Positions 50,911-63,845 of a DNA stretch of 64,000 nucleotides are shown one piece after another. The first letter of the stretch is position 1; each line of letters begins with the position of its first letter. A program made the position numbers and the translations under genes. Source of the stretch: Amphiscolops sp. MND2022 (Eukaryota); contig OZ076419.1 in NCBI GenBank assembly GCA_964187785.1, positions 32,674,001 through 32,738,000 of the forward strand. Reading direction: 5' to 3'. The notes under the pieces are model-generated. The model had not been told where the DNA came from. It did not search any database and was given only the letters and a program-made list of their open reading frames with translations.

Positions 50911-53900
50911 TGCTCCACCCCCTTAGCTGCAAAGAAGAAGAAGGGGGCGCGTAACGGCTGAGGAGAAAAAGATGATGCGTAGCGTTGCGGGATTGGATCC
51001 AATCGAGGACAACACAACTGTCGGTCCAAAGGGTAACTGATTGAAATTGTGTGGCGAAGGCTATACGTACGGTTTGGAGTAAACGGACTCCTAGAACGGC
51101 GGCTTGAAGTTCCAGCTTGGGAACACTTTGTTGTTTGATGGGAGCAACGCGGCTCTTTCCTAGGACGAAGGTGAGATTGACGGTGTCGGCGGAGGTATCC
51201 AGTTGACGGGCAAAAATGACGACGGCAAAAGCGGAAATAGAGGCGTCCGTAAAAACGTGCAGATCAACTGGCGTCGTTGATCGAAAAATGCGGCGTGGAA
51301 CGGCGATGTGAGGAATTTGACGGTACTGTGCGACGAGTTTATCAACGATCGGCTGAATGTCATCTGGAATCCGTTGATCCCAGCTTTGTCCACGTTTCCA
51401 GAGTGACTGAATGAATATTTTGAGTTTAATGACGAAAGGTGCGAGTAGGCCAATGGTGTCGAAAATAGAAGAAACGAGACTAAACAGCTGGCGTAACGTT
51501 GACGGTGTCGGTACGGGTTTCGGCGTCGGTGCGTTGTAAGTGTCGTCTTTCAATGACCAGTTTTGACCAAGGACTCATTTGGTCTCAACAGGTGTTTCTT
51601 TCTCGGTTTCGGGAAGGTGATCTAGGGCTGAAGAATTGTTGGACGCGAACTTAGTGAGGCGGAAGCCACCTCTAGCTAAGATGGTTCGTAGGTCGGATGT
51701 AAGTTGTCGGGCATCTGCAACTGTTCGGAATGACTTGATGAAGTCATCCATGTAGAAATCTTTGAGTACACTGGCATGTACGTGCGGGAACTGATCGGAA
51801 CTGTCAAGCGAACATTTCCGGAGGGTAAAAATGGTACAACATGGGGAACAATTGGCACCAAATATCAATCGGGTGTATTGATATTGGCGGACGAGGTCGT
51901 CTTCCAGCCAAAGGAAACGCAAGGCTGATTGATCTTGTGGTCGGATGGCGATTTGCATAAACATGCCTTCGATATCTGCTAAGACGCCAATGGCGTGTTC
52001 GCGGAATCGAAGAATCAGCTGAAGGAGATCTGTGAGCAGGTCTGGTCCGGTGAGGAGATTGTCATTTAGAGATGTTCCTTTGAAGATCGATGCTGCGTTG
52101 GCTACGCGGCGCACTTTTTCTGGCTTGTTGGGGTTTTCGACGGGATGGGTTGGAAGGTACCAAATGTGTTCAGGTTGTGGGTGAGTCATGGTGACTGGTG
52201 CGATGTAGTTTTTCTGTAGATCGCTTTCGATTGTCGAGTTGAACTTCTGTAGGGTATCTGGTTTTTCTTTCAAGCGCTTGTGAAGGCTGCGAAGCTGGTT
52301 CAAGGCAGCGAAGTAATTGTTTGGGAGGGAGGCGTCAGGTTTCCAAGGGAGACCAATTTCGTAACGTTCTCCTGTATGGCGAATCGTGGCTTCAAGAGTT
52401 CGAAGAGCTTGCTGCTCTTCTTCGTTCAGTGCTTGATGAACTCGCGGTTCAACGGCTGTTTTTTCTTTGTCCCAGAATTGTTGGAGAAAATCGGGAGATG
52501 TGGAGAGCGATTGCTCGGGACTAAGATTAGTGGTTGCGTAAAAAATGAGAGAATTTATTTGACGGCTTTTCTTTCTTCGGGGAACATGGAACTCGCCAGC
52601 AATGGTCCATCCAAGTTCGGTTCGGATCCCAGAGGGGTGGTTGGTAGAACCTCGGATCCATTCAAGGGCATAGGTGAAGGCTATACAGGCAGTTCCGAGT
52701 AGAACTCCAATGTGTCCGTTATTGATATTCGGGAACTTGATGTGTCGCAAGTGAGGCGAGGATTGGCAAATGGTGTTAAGTTCGTCGACGTCAACTGGGG
52801 GGAGACTGATTTGGTCGGTACAGAATGCATTCTGAACCGAAAATGTCTTTTCGTTGTCAGCGTATGGGGCAATTGTGAAATTTGTGCGAGAAACAGGCAG
52901 TGATTTAGAAGCACTCAAGAACTGAACGTTCATGTTGAACTTCCTATCGGTCTTCAGATCTATAGATTTTGCTATGGTCTCAACGATGTATGTTCCCGTG
53001 CTGTCGGGATCGATAAGAGCGTAAGTGTCGACGATCCGTTTGCCATTCATGATTGAAACGGGAATGACTTGCAAAACTGACAAAAGATCGGTGGGTAGTT
53101 TGGAGTTATCGTTATTCATAGCGGTGGCGTTGAAATTGGGACTTTTGGTACGGTTCGGCTGATGAGAACGGCGGCTATTTTGCAGGTTGTTTGATGGCTG
53201 AAGTTTCTGAGCGTGAGTGCTGGGTTGACTCGTGTCGCTACCGCGACCAGGGTTTGTGGAGGGTTTACATGTGTCGGCGCTGCGAACGGTTGGCGAGGAA
53301 CGAGGGGCGGTTTTATCTACGGGATGAAGCGATGTATGGTGCAATGCGCTGCATCCAGGCACAAAACAGTGATTGCGGGATGGGCAGTCACTTTTCTGGT
53401 GACTACAACTAAGAAAGTTGAAGCAAAATTGGTGTTTTCGGACGAGCGCAAGTTTGTCGGAAGTAGATGCCTCGAGGTAGTGCGGGCAGGCAGCAATGAA
53501 GTGCAACTGGTTGCAGAGGGGACAGGAACGTTGTTTTTTCGGAGTTGAGGTAGATGGCTTTGGACGATGGAAGTCTCGTTCAGTGCTATCTGGTTGGTGT
53601 GAGGTATCTTTGGAGAGGAACGGCTGGAGTTTTTCAACAACTGCGACTTGAATTTCCAACCATTGTTGGAAAAGAAGTTGGGTCGGTACTTCGATGGAAC
53701 TCTTCACGGTGTACTCAGTCCATTTTGTGAGAAGGTTGTGTGGCAGTTTAGCTTTTGCTATAGATAAAACTGTGGAGGATTGCAGGTCGGCGGTGTAGTG
53801 AAGATCGGTAAAAGACTGTACCATTTGCTTCAGGAAAGTGGTGAATGACACAAGAGTGTGCGGATCCTGTGATGAGACGCGTGGCCAAGACTCCAAGCGT

Positions 53901-55621
53901 TTGATGTAAGCATTAACGACATGCTGCGGTGAGCCAAAGTGAGAGTGGAGGTCAGCCAGGGCTACATCGTAGAATGCAGGGTTACAGGAGTATCCACGAA
54001 TTAGGTCCTTGGCTCGGCCGGTGACTGAATTTTGGAGGTAGGTGATGCGATGTGTTTGTGTGATTGAGTGATTAGTGTGAACTGTGGCTTTGAAGATATT
54101 CATCCAATCGTGATATGCTAATGGGTCACCGTTGAACTTGGGAATTTGAATGGGTGGTAATTTGATGCAAGCAGGTGAATTGTTGGCATCTGCAGTTGAG
54201 GTATGACGAGGTTGCAACGATGGGCGGTTGTGTGTGAGTGCTGTATTGGTTGGTTCTAGCTGTGTTGCGGAGCTGTTATCGGTCTGTATATTGATAACGT
54301 GCTGGGGTTGAGTTGTGAAGACGGTTTGACTGATTGGCATGGTTGGTGTGCCAAAGTACTGCTGCACAGTGTTGGCGGTCTGTCGGAAGTTGGTTTGGGT
54401 CATCTGTTGTCGTGGGAAATCGTTCATGAATAGAGTTGATGGAGGAGGTGGTACCGGAGGTCCAATCATAGTAGGTTGTGGTATCAGTGGTGGTATAGGA
54501 TAGTTAGCGTTGTTTGCTATCAGTTGATGTGACGGGTCTATCACACGGTGAGGTATAGCTGTCGGGATCGTAGTAGAGTAAGTTGGCTGTGATTGATGTG
54601 GGTGAAGTACATCTGCACAGGGCTGGGAAAAACTGTAGTGGTTGTGTATGGGGTTGAATAAATTTCCAGTGGACTGGGTGAACGGTAGTTGTTCTTGTGG
54701 GTGGCTGGGAGGTGGCTGTGCAGGCGTTAAGTGGCGAGGTTCGTATGACCTCATGTCGTAGGCAGTTGGCGGGTATGTAGGGTTGTGGGTAACAATGGTG
54801 TCAAAGGTTGGTTGATGGTAGTTGGATGTATAGACCAATTGGGGAAGCATGTTGTCGACTGTGGGCTGAAAATGCTGGTTGCTGTTGGAGATATGACGCT
54901 GTTCGTAATGGTTGTTGAAAGTTTGTTGATCTAGAAGAGGTGGTAACGGTGGCGGAAGTCGTATGGTTTGCATATTCGCTTACTGTTGAGGTGCTATTAA
55001 GCTCCTTCCAGTTGTGCTGGTGCAGTGTTGCGATTGAAGGCTGTTTCCAAAGCTCGAGGGTTCTTGTTGCTGAAATACGTTGTCTAGCTCGGTGACGGTA
55101 GTTGAGTTTTCTGTTGGTTGTGTACCTCTGTTCTTGTGTTGATGGCGGTCGGGTGTCATTGGAAGTGTTGTGTCTTCGACAGTGGCTAGATGACGAGAGA
55201 GCTCGTCTCCGGTCATGTCTAAGATGTGAGTGGCTTCTCGATTCGTGGCGACTGTAGAAGCGGGTTGTTGACTGTCGGATCTGCTGCTGTCCCTTTGTGT
55301 CGAAGTTGTGGGTGCTGTGGCTGCTGGTGTTGTTGTGAATTCGTCGCATCTGAGTTGGACTGCTGTAAATCCTGGAGAAGATTGGCTGTGAGTGGCATGC
55401 GTGAGTTCTGTTGTTGATAGGGTTTCAATGTGGTCGGCTATTTGTAGAATTTGAAGCGAGGTGTCGGCTGAAATCTGGAGAAACGGCTCCAATTCATTAA
55501 GAGGCATGTGTGCTGACATTTGTTCGGCCAGTTCTTCAAGTCTGCATGCAATAGTTTGCAACTGGGCAAGATTTTGACGCAGACGAACAGGATTCTGGTC
55601 GGAGTCCAATCTAGATGCCAA
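50911..55621 (-). pseudogene. BEL gag-pol in one reading frame, broken by two in-frame stops and truncated in RNase H
   Basis: ORFs 54980-55621, 51575-54973 and 50897-51553 are in the same frame, separated by TAA (54980-82) and TGA (51575-77). Motifs: IQIPKFNGDPLAY, CPLCNQLHFIAAC, WYLPTHPV, FYMDDF, HVFTDAS, RVAPIK..PKLELQAA. Confidence 0.93.
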
Positions 55622-56099
55622 GTAATTGGATAGTTCCGGAACTTCAATTCATGTAGTTTGAACTGGTTTGTGAGGGTTGCTATATTCGGATTGACCATCG
55701 TTGCTGTAGCTGTTGATGGGCAACAACCCACGGAACCTATAGAGACCGAACGAACACGCTAGAAGCGGCAAAAAACACAATGGTCAATGAGATGAAAAGG
55801 AAACGATGCGTATTGATTACCTAATCCGAGCTATCGACAAGCAAGACGATGACAGCAAGGAATGCGGAATGGACGAACCGAGCGGCACACAAGGAGGACA
55901 CACTGGGTTTCTGCTAGGCGAACCGAACCTTAGTTGGCGATTCGGAACTGGATTTACCTTAGGTACTTACCTGATCAGGACGAAGCTGCAAAAGCCAGGA
56001 CGGGACTGGACGACTCCGAACAGAAGACACAAAGCTCTAGGGCGAACCGCGCTCAAACGTGGTACGCTTGTTGTCCGGAGTTTTTAAAGAATCCTCTAA

Positions 56100-56217
56100 T
56101 CAGAGAGGCTGAGAAAACTCAAAAAACCGGAAAAAACTTCCCCTATATTTTTTGACAGGTGAGTATTCGTGCTCTTCTATCAGAGAGGCTGAGAAAACTC
56201 AAAAAACCGGAAAAAAA
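56100..56217. repeat. Duplicated ~38-bp segment atcagagaggctgagaaaactcaaaaaaccggaaaaaa
   Basis: Copies at ~56100 and ~56180. Confidence 0.9.
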
Positions 56218-56276
56218 TCTCCCCCTAACTTTCTTAAATGCAGCTAAGGTTAAGTGGAACTAGCTGTTTTGAAATG

Positions 56277-57121
56277 GACGCCCAGAAGAACGTCCAAAAG
56301 GAGACTAGAAGAACGCCCAAAAAGAGCCCAGAAGAACGCCCAAAAGGAGCCCAGAAGTACGCCCAAAAAGAGCCCAGAAGGACGCCCAGGAAGGAGCTCA
56401 GAAGAACGCCCAAAAAGCCAGAAGGACGCCAGAACGAGCCCAGAAGGACGCCCAGGAAGAGGCCCAGAAGAACGCCCAAAAAGAGCCCAGAAGAACGCCC
56501 AGAGAAAGGCCCAGAAGGACGCCCAAAAGGAGCCCAGAAGAACGCCCAAAAAGCCAGAAGGACGCCAGAACGAGCCCAGAAGGACGCACAGGAAGAGACC
56601 CAGAAGAACGCCCGAAGGAGCCCACAAGAACGCCCAGAGGAAGGCCCAGAAGGACGCCCAGGAAGAGGCCCAGAAGGACGCCCAGAGAAAGAGCCCAGAC
56701 GAACGCCAAAAGGAGCCCAGGAAGAACGCCCAGAGAAAGGCCCAGAAGGACGCCCAAAAAAGCCAGAAGGACGCCAGAAAGAGCCCAGAAGGACGCCCAG
56801 GAAGAGGCCCAGAAGAACGCCCGAAGGAGCCCACAAGAACGCCCAGAGAAAGGCCCAAAAGGACGCTCAGGAAGAGGCCCAGAAGGACGCCCAGAGAAAG
56901 AGCCCAGAAGAACGCCCAAAAGGAGCCCAGGAAGAACGCCCAGAGAAAGGCCCAGAAGGACGCCCAAAAAAGCCAGAAGGACGCCAGAAAGAGCCCAGAA
57001 GGACGCCCAGGAAGAGGCCTAGAAGAACGCCCGAAGAAGCCCACAAGAACGCCCAGAGAAAGGCCCAGAAGGACGCCCAGGATGAGGCCCAGAAGAACGC
57101 CCAAAAGGAGCCCAGAAGGAC
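56277..57121. repeat. Almost T-free 11-12-bp minisatellite (..AGAAG(G/A)ACGCCC..) with a 210-bp higher-order repeat, inside the BEL B leader
   Basis: Only 7 T counted on + in ~840 bp. aggagcccaggaagaacgcc at 56711 and 56921. Confidence 0.97.
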
Positions 57122-57372
57122 TTCAAAGTTGAAGATTTAGGAAATTCGTGTCAATAAAAGTTGGCCGTTCCAAATTCCCGGGATAACTTCAGTTGAGAAA
57201 GTGGAATAACCCAGGAGCGCCAAACATATAAGAGAAAAGGTGGGTCTTTCATTCTTATATTCTCAATTATTAATGGTTCTCATTCTCAGTGAGAACACAA
57301 CACGATGAAAGTCAAGAAGTAGTAATACATTTATGAGTCACTTCAGTTTAGTTGTTATGAGTCACTTCAGTT

Positions 57373-57515
57373 TTGGAAGACAAACAGCTCGATGGGCAGG
57401 AAAGAGGAGACACTCCAGCTATATCTGCGGCTGACAACACCCATGCAAACGGCTGCGTTTGGGCATCCCAGCCGAGAAGAGAAAAGGCAATTCAAATCAC
57501 CCAACAAACAACTGC
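57373..57515. repeat. Right copy of the 143-bp target duplication
   Basis: Matches 50619-50761. Confidence 0.96.
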
Positions 57516-60500
57516 AATGTTCTGTTTATTAAATACATTGTGGAGACTTCAAACTTCTCCCAATCTCTTGGTACAATCTACAGTTTTGTTACAATGTCTC
57601 AATGTTCGAGACTAATTTTAGATTTTGAGACTGTCAGTTTTTTGGTTTGAAGGTTTGTTGTCGCTGAAGTTCATTTGCATTTAAATCGCGATAAAATTGA
57701 TGGAGGTCTCAGCTGCTTTCAAAATTAGAACTGCGTCTTTTTGAAACCTGCAAATCTTGGCGGCCCATAATTGCAGCCAAGTTTAGAATGCATCTTATCG
57801 GCAGCTTAAATCGAATCAGTGAAGTTTCAATACATGGACGTTTCTTTGAGAATTTTACAAAATCATGGAAAATTAGCTGGTAACCTACAAAAACATCTAA
57901 AAAGTTCAAGCAGTTCCAACCAGGGCAGGCTCGCGAAAAATGCGGTGGAAGAAGGCTAGGGACTTTTGCCAAGAGGTTACTTATCAGAGACGCCATCACA
58001 AACATTGCAAAAGTAATCACCAGAAAATAAATTTTCCAAAATTTTCCAGTGAAAGAAAAAAGATAAAAAATTTTTTTCTGTAAATCTTTTAGTCAAAACA
58101 AGGCTTTTATCTCTACTTAGAATTAAATGTTCGGAAGAACATTAGTTTGGAAAAACCACCAGAAATTGGACTTGAAAATGTCTAATATGCCTATGACCAT
58201 CTAAAGAGCAATTTTTGTTTTTTTTTCAGACGTTTTTCGTCCAAAAATTAGTTTGCTGACTTTTCTCTTTTGATCTACTACTGCTAAGATTATTTTCTAT
58301 GCCCACAATTGATATGATTCATCATCATAGTGTCATAATTATAGAAATACCAGAGTTCTGTAAAATATGAACTGCTTTTCACACGCGACTTCAGAATTTT
58401 GACAAACTTTCGAAAGTGAAAGTTGGACCGCATTCCGAGAAAAAAACACTTAGAAATACTAACAATTGAAAACAATGCATAACTTTCATTTCAGACTTTT
58501 TGAACAGAGTATGATCATACTTGACTATTCAATTTTTTACCTGGTTTTCGCAGATGATGCCACCGTGTCATTTCCCAGCGTCTGAAACTAATATTACGTA
58601 CGTCACAACTCAAGCTCGTAACAATTGATGATGGTGCCATTTCTACGATACCTATGCTGACTTATTCTACCAATCAAATGCAAGATATGATTCCATGAAG
58701 ATTTGTTAATTCCAATTACTTTTTGAAAAAGGTCGATTTCAATTAAACTTCAATTGTGTAATTTGAAAATCAAACTTAAATGAAACTCATCAATTTTAAT
58801 TTTTTATCAATTCACTTTGTTTCTCTTAAAATGAAGAAGATAAATAAGTTGGTCTTATTAGATGTAGAAAGTACATGAGCAATTAAGTCTGGAATACTGA
58901 ATACCATCCAATACGGACAGAGAAGGAGCTTATAAAAGTTCTTATACAGAATTAAACTTCACCAAATGTTCGTAGCATAACTTTTTTTGAAAAAGTGCTT
59001 TCAGAAAGTGCCGCAAAATTATTCCAAAAGACTTAAAAATTTTACATTTTTTCTTTTTTTATTACTTTGGGCAATTTTTGAACCCTTTTTGAATCGTTCT
59101 TGAAATCAGAGCACCTACGCAGCTCAACGACAAACCAACTAGCTACCCAGTATGGAGAGAAACTTGCAATTTCTTTTCTAAAAGTGCCTCAAAATGATCA
59201 CTGGATACCTGAACATTCCAAACTTTTCGTAACTTTTTCGAATTTTATTAAACTTCAACATTCACAGCATTCTACGGTTTGAAATGAGCTATCTCGTTAG
59301 CTTTCCCGAAGAGCAATCTGATAATTTTTTGTTTCAAAACTGTTTTAATTTAATTTTAGAAAACTTTAGCATGATACAATAATCACAAAATTAAACATTG
59401 CAGGAATTAGTTAAACAGTGCTATTTTAAAATAGAAAAATGAAAAATTCCTTTCGTTTCAACAGTGGTAAGAATTTTTTGCGTGAGAGTTAAAAGCTCTC
59501 ATTGAACAGTCTGAAACTGAAAAAATCCATGGGGGTATAAGGCTCGAAAAAAATGACTGGAAAAAATCAATTTCTGCATGGGTTCGTTCATTTGAATCTC
59601 CAAAATTATCGAATGACAAAACGTGACTAATATGCAAGCTTAATTTTAGCTTTTTCTCCAGAGAATTGGAAGAAAAAACCAAGAGTTATTTATCAAAAAC
59701 TTTCCATTTCTGTTGTTTCACGCAATTTTTGTACAGGTTTTGAACGTTTTCGTAAAAAAGACTATCGACATTTTGGATATAGTTACCGCAATCATCATCG
59801 ACATAGTTACCACAACTTTTGAACGTGAAATCAAATGTTTGAGCTGAGCTGAAAAAATAAATTGAAAAATTGAACTAATGTCAGTATTTTTAATTTTTGA
59901 TCATTTTCACCATTTTGTACAATTCTCTGATGTTGCTGTGGGTCAAATGAAAATTAAGACGTTCAAAAGACCGAAATTTTTGTGATTGCGATTTTTTACT
60001 ATAATTGGGTTTACAGAAATAAAAGCGTTCTTTAAAAATTGTGGAAATTTATTGAAACATCAAGTTTTTGGTGATCATGATGAACTAGCGTCACAAATGA
60101 TCCGATCTATGGGATGCTATTATCCGGAGGAGGCAAAGAAAAGACGTTTTAGGAAAAGACCAACTCTTTATTCGGCCGCTTCTCTGCGGGAATTAGAGAA
60201 GAATGTTTTTTCAACTATCGCAATTAGGTACATTTTTGGGTTTTCAGTGTATGAGTGTTCACAGAAATCACCTTCTAAACAATTAGCGAAGTAGCATTTT
60301 CTTGTGAAGAGAAATTGTATGTCCAATTCAAGTAGAGTATACTCGGGAAGTATCTATAAATCGGGAAACATCTATTTTTTGTGTAGTAAACTTTGTACTT
60401 TATGGATTCTTCTAATGTGTATTGGTTTTCACAGTGCTCAACAACGAATTACTTAGCTACTTAGCATCATCTTGCATAGTGATAAATGATTTTTATCCAA

Positions 60501-62379
60501 AGCAGGTTTCAACCTAACCATAAAACGTCTATATTTTATTCTTTTCATTTTTTTGCGCAACATTGTTGTTCGTTGGCTAGGCTTAAGACTTACGAAAAAT
60601 TCGTAGCTAACTTAGTTCGCAGCGGAAAATAACCCATAACTTAGCGTGCGTGTTGTCATGATATGTTTTTGACCGCATGGGATATTGACAATTTTTTTAA
60701 AAAATCAGTTACAATGAAATGAGTGAAAATGAAAAAAAAAGATAATCCAAAAAAAACTTCATAGGATACATATTCTGAGGAAAGGTACCCTGGTCGAAGT
60801 CGCGAAGTTTTACATGCACCTTCAAAAAATGCCGGCTAGTTTTTTTTATAAAACATGGAAAATTTAGGGACCATGCCTGGAAAAATTTTGTAAAATTAAC
60901 AAATAACTTGTAAAATTTTTATAAAATTACCAAGGAACTTGGAAAATGCTGGCAGCATTTCAAGGTGTTTTTGAAAAATATTCTTGCAACCTATAAAACA
61001 ATTTTTAAAAAATCCATGTAGTTTTAATATATTAGCGGTTAAGAGGGTCGGTATCTAAAAAGGAATGATTTCTCCAAAACTTTGCACACTTGAAATAAAA
61101 ACTAGCCATACAAAAAAGTCTTTAAAATGGCTTGTTCATGCGATGCTCCAAATATCCCTCCTGAGCAATTCACTGATTCATGTACGAGTTTGTTCATTGA
61201 AAGTTTTTTAGAGCCAAATTTTTCTACCACTTCAAGTATTGGTAGGGGAATATAATGCCAAACTTTTTCACGCTTGTCAATTCGGTTCCACTGCCACAAT
61301 CACCACACGTTTGCAAAATTTGTTAACTTGGTTTGACCATTGTGGAGGAAGAATTGCCAATGAACTGTCGATTAATGGACCAGAAAACGTCACGCGGATG
61401 TTAACACATTTCAACTAAAAGCCAACTGCTCAACAACTCTCTCAATTACGTAAATGCACAATCTTGGTATGTTTGAGAACTGGAGATTGTTCAAAAAACA
61501 CATCAGCGACAAAGCTTTGAACCAAACTGAATTTTTCTTTTTGCGAACCCTAAATTTGCGTGGTAAAATTTCTTAATTGCTGAACTAAAATGGTATTTGC
61601 AGTTAAATAATTTCTCTAGTTATAGTAGCAAAAGTAGCATGAATTAGTAGCTGATTATATGTAATTATGCGAATCCATCGCAATTATGTAATTATATTAT
61701 TGTGATGAATTTACGTAATTGCATATAATCAGCAAGTTTATGCTAATTCTACAACTTTCCGCTAATTTTTTTTGCGTGCGGGAGAGAAAAGTTCGAATTC
61801 CACCGAATGCATACTACATTCGAATCAAATATTTAAACGGAATCCACGACAATGAATCGGATACATGATTAAAACTACGTTAGTGAAACTCACGGGCTCA
61901 TCAACACAAAGTTAAAATACATTAGTAACCATTTGGCCCTGTGATGGTTGACAAAGCAATCGGGGTATGTCATGCGTGTTTAAAAGTTCGTTTCTTCTTT
62001 GAAAACCTCAAAGAGGTAGATATCGAATTGGTTTAACAACAGTGAAAGATTTTATCAAAATTTCAATTGATTTGCCTCAAACGTACATTTTTCAGGAGAC
62101 GGTATCTCCAAAATTGAAAATTTTTCCATAACATGGAATGAGGTGTACACAGATTACATTTTCACAAGTAATATCTTCGAGTTCTGAATCAAAAAACCAA
62201 ATTACAGCAAATTTTGAATTACCATAAAATATAAGTACAGATGTGAAACATTCGAAATTTTATGAAAAAAAAATGAAATTAGAATGTTTCACATCAGAAG
62301 ATATATTTTTCCGTGTATAATACAAACAAGCAATTTTTGACTTTTTATCAATCTCTCAGTGCCGAAAAATACTCCAAGG

Positions 62380-62940
62380 GATACGCATAAGACTTTTTCC
62401 CCAACATAAGACATAACCACTTTTTCCCCAACTCCAAACACAAAAATCCTAATTGATTTTTTACGAATTTTTTTTCGGAAAAATCGTATAGTGCCGAAAA
62501 CGGTTTCAGCTCGCAAAACTACTTTTCTCAAGCCGAAATCAGCCATGAAAGCCAGGGTGGTACGCTTTGTCCAAATGAAGGTTTGGAAAAAAGACGCACA
62601 AAGACGGAAAAAAGCTGAAAAAGGTAATTTCCACTATCATTAGGAAAACTCATCTGTTGGAAAGGAAGGGTCAAAAAGTAACAAAGAGGTCATCCTGAAG
62701 ACTGAGGAAACTATTTTTTCGTTACAGAAAGCCTCGAAGAACCAAAAATTGTGAAAAAAATTTACCTCGGTAAGTTGCGTAGTGCCGGAAAAAGACTGAA
62801 AGTAGCCATCATGCTCGCAAAGCGTTTGTTTCTGCTGCAAATTGAGGGAACGAGTTTGTTTGAAAGTACAATCTAAAAAACTCACATAGTGCCGAAAAAT
62901 TCTAAAGGGTCGACCCTTTAGTTTTTCCTCCTTCTTTTTC
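62380..62940. repeat. Dispersed A-tract repeat with internal atagtgccg(a/g)aaa repeats
   Basis: tagtgccgaaaa/tagtgccggaaa at ~62488, ~62780 and ~62887; related to 48100-48380. Confidence 0.65.
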
Positions 62941-62957
62941 ATACATAAAAAATAAAA

Positions 62958-63054
62958 TGGGGTCTAGTTCGAGACTCGAACCCACGTACGCCTGTTCCTC
63001 AGACCTCACCACAAGGACGGGAAATCCGTGTTAACCACAATGACAAGTGGCAGC
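62958..63054 (-). repeat. tRNA-derived (long-variable-arm type) SINE-like head
   Basis: On -: A-box-like TGTCATTGTGGTTAACACG and B-box GGTTCGAGTC with a long spacer between them. Confidence 0.55.
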
Positions 63055-63271
63055 GAGAAGTTACTTGAAAAGTTGAAAAACTTTCGGTAGAAGGGTTCAG
63101 GTCTATCGACAGTTGTTCAGGTGTATCGACAAAAAACTGACTAATAGCCATGACTATAGTCAAGAAAATCACCGACTAAAAACGCTTCTTTTGCTAAACT
63201 ATCGACGCTTTCGTCACAGATCTTTTGAAACCATTTCCATTTCCAAATAAGAAAACTATCCACGTGATTTG

Positions 63272-63510
63272 ATGACGACATTCAGAGTGAATGTAGTGTG
63301 TGCACTTGTTCTCACTTATTGGGTGGGCACTAGTCTATCGTCCAGCCTCACCGGGGACAGAAGTGCGAACGTTTGTGGGGGTGCCTTGAAACCATGTTCG
63401 GGCGCGGGAGACCCAGTGGCGGGAGTGTTTGAGGACGGCTACTGCAGTCCCCGAAAGGATGGGGGAGGCACTTACGTCGTGTGTGCTTTCATCACCCAAG
63501 CCTACCTCAA
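63272..63510 (+). CDS. Exon 1 of a secreted DUF2237-family protein
   Basis: ATG 63272; hydrophobic N-terminus MTTFRVNVVCALVLTYWVGTSLS; NVCGGALKPCS..DPVAGVFEDGYC....GGGTYVVCAFITQAYL matches the DUF2237 pattern NVLGxxLxxCSxxPxTGFxRDGxC...GxHxVCA.xT.eFL; GTTAGT donor at 63511. Confidence 0.85.
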
Positions 63511-63845
63511 GTTAGTGATGATAATTTTGACAATCTTGATCGGGAAAGTCTGAAAGTCAAATATACGAAAGAAATTAGGTTGGGTTGGATGTATCGTGAA
63601 AGCTATTTAAAAGATCTGAACGAATATTTTCAATGAATCGATAAAATTCGTGATGGTGAGAACACGTTTAAGAAAAGGGTTAGACCAATCTTCGCGAATG
63701 ATCTTTCTGATTGAAGTTATGCGTTGACAGTCGAAACGAAACATATAATTCCTCTAAACTGGGTTTCATTGCGCCTCGAAAAATCTTGCAATGTGTATCA
63801 TGTTTGACATACAAAATGTTATGGAGTGTTTCTGATGATTTCTAG

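Larger units (their letters stand above)
50762..57371 (-). mobile_element. Young BEL/Pao LTR element lacking integrase
   Basis: LTRs 50762-50910 and 57227-57371 (one substitution seen). PPT GGGGGTGGAGCA. PBS TGGCGCTCCTGGGT. Gag-PR-RT-partial RNase H. Confidence 0.96.

Noticed and set aside
56234-57140. Five long ORFs (189-300 aa) over the T-poor repeat
   Set aside because: They are open only because the repeat lacks T on + and A on -, so stops cannot form. Not reported as genes.
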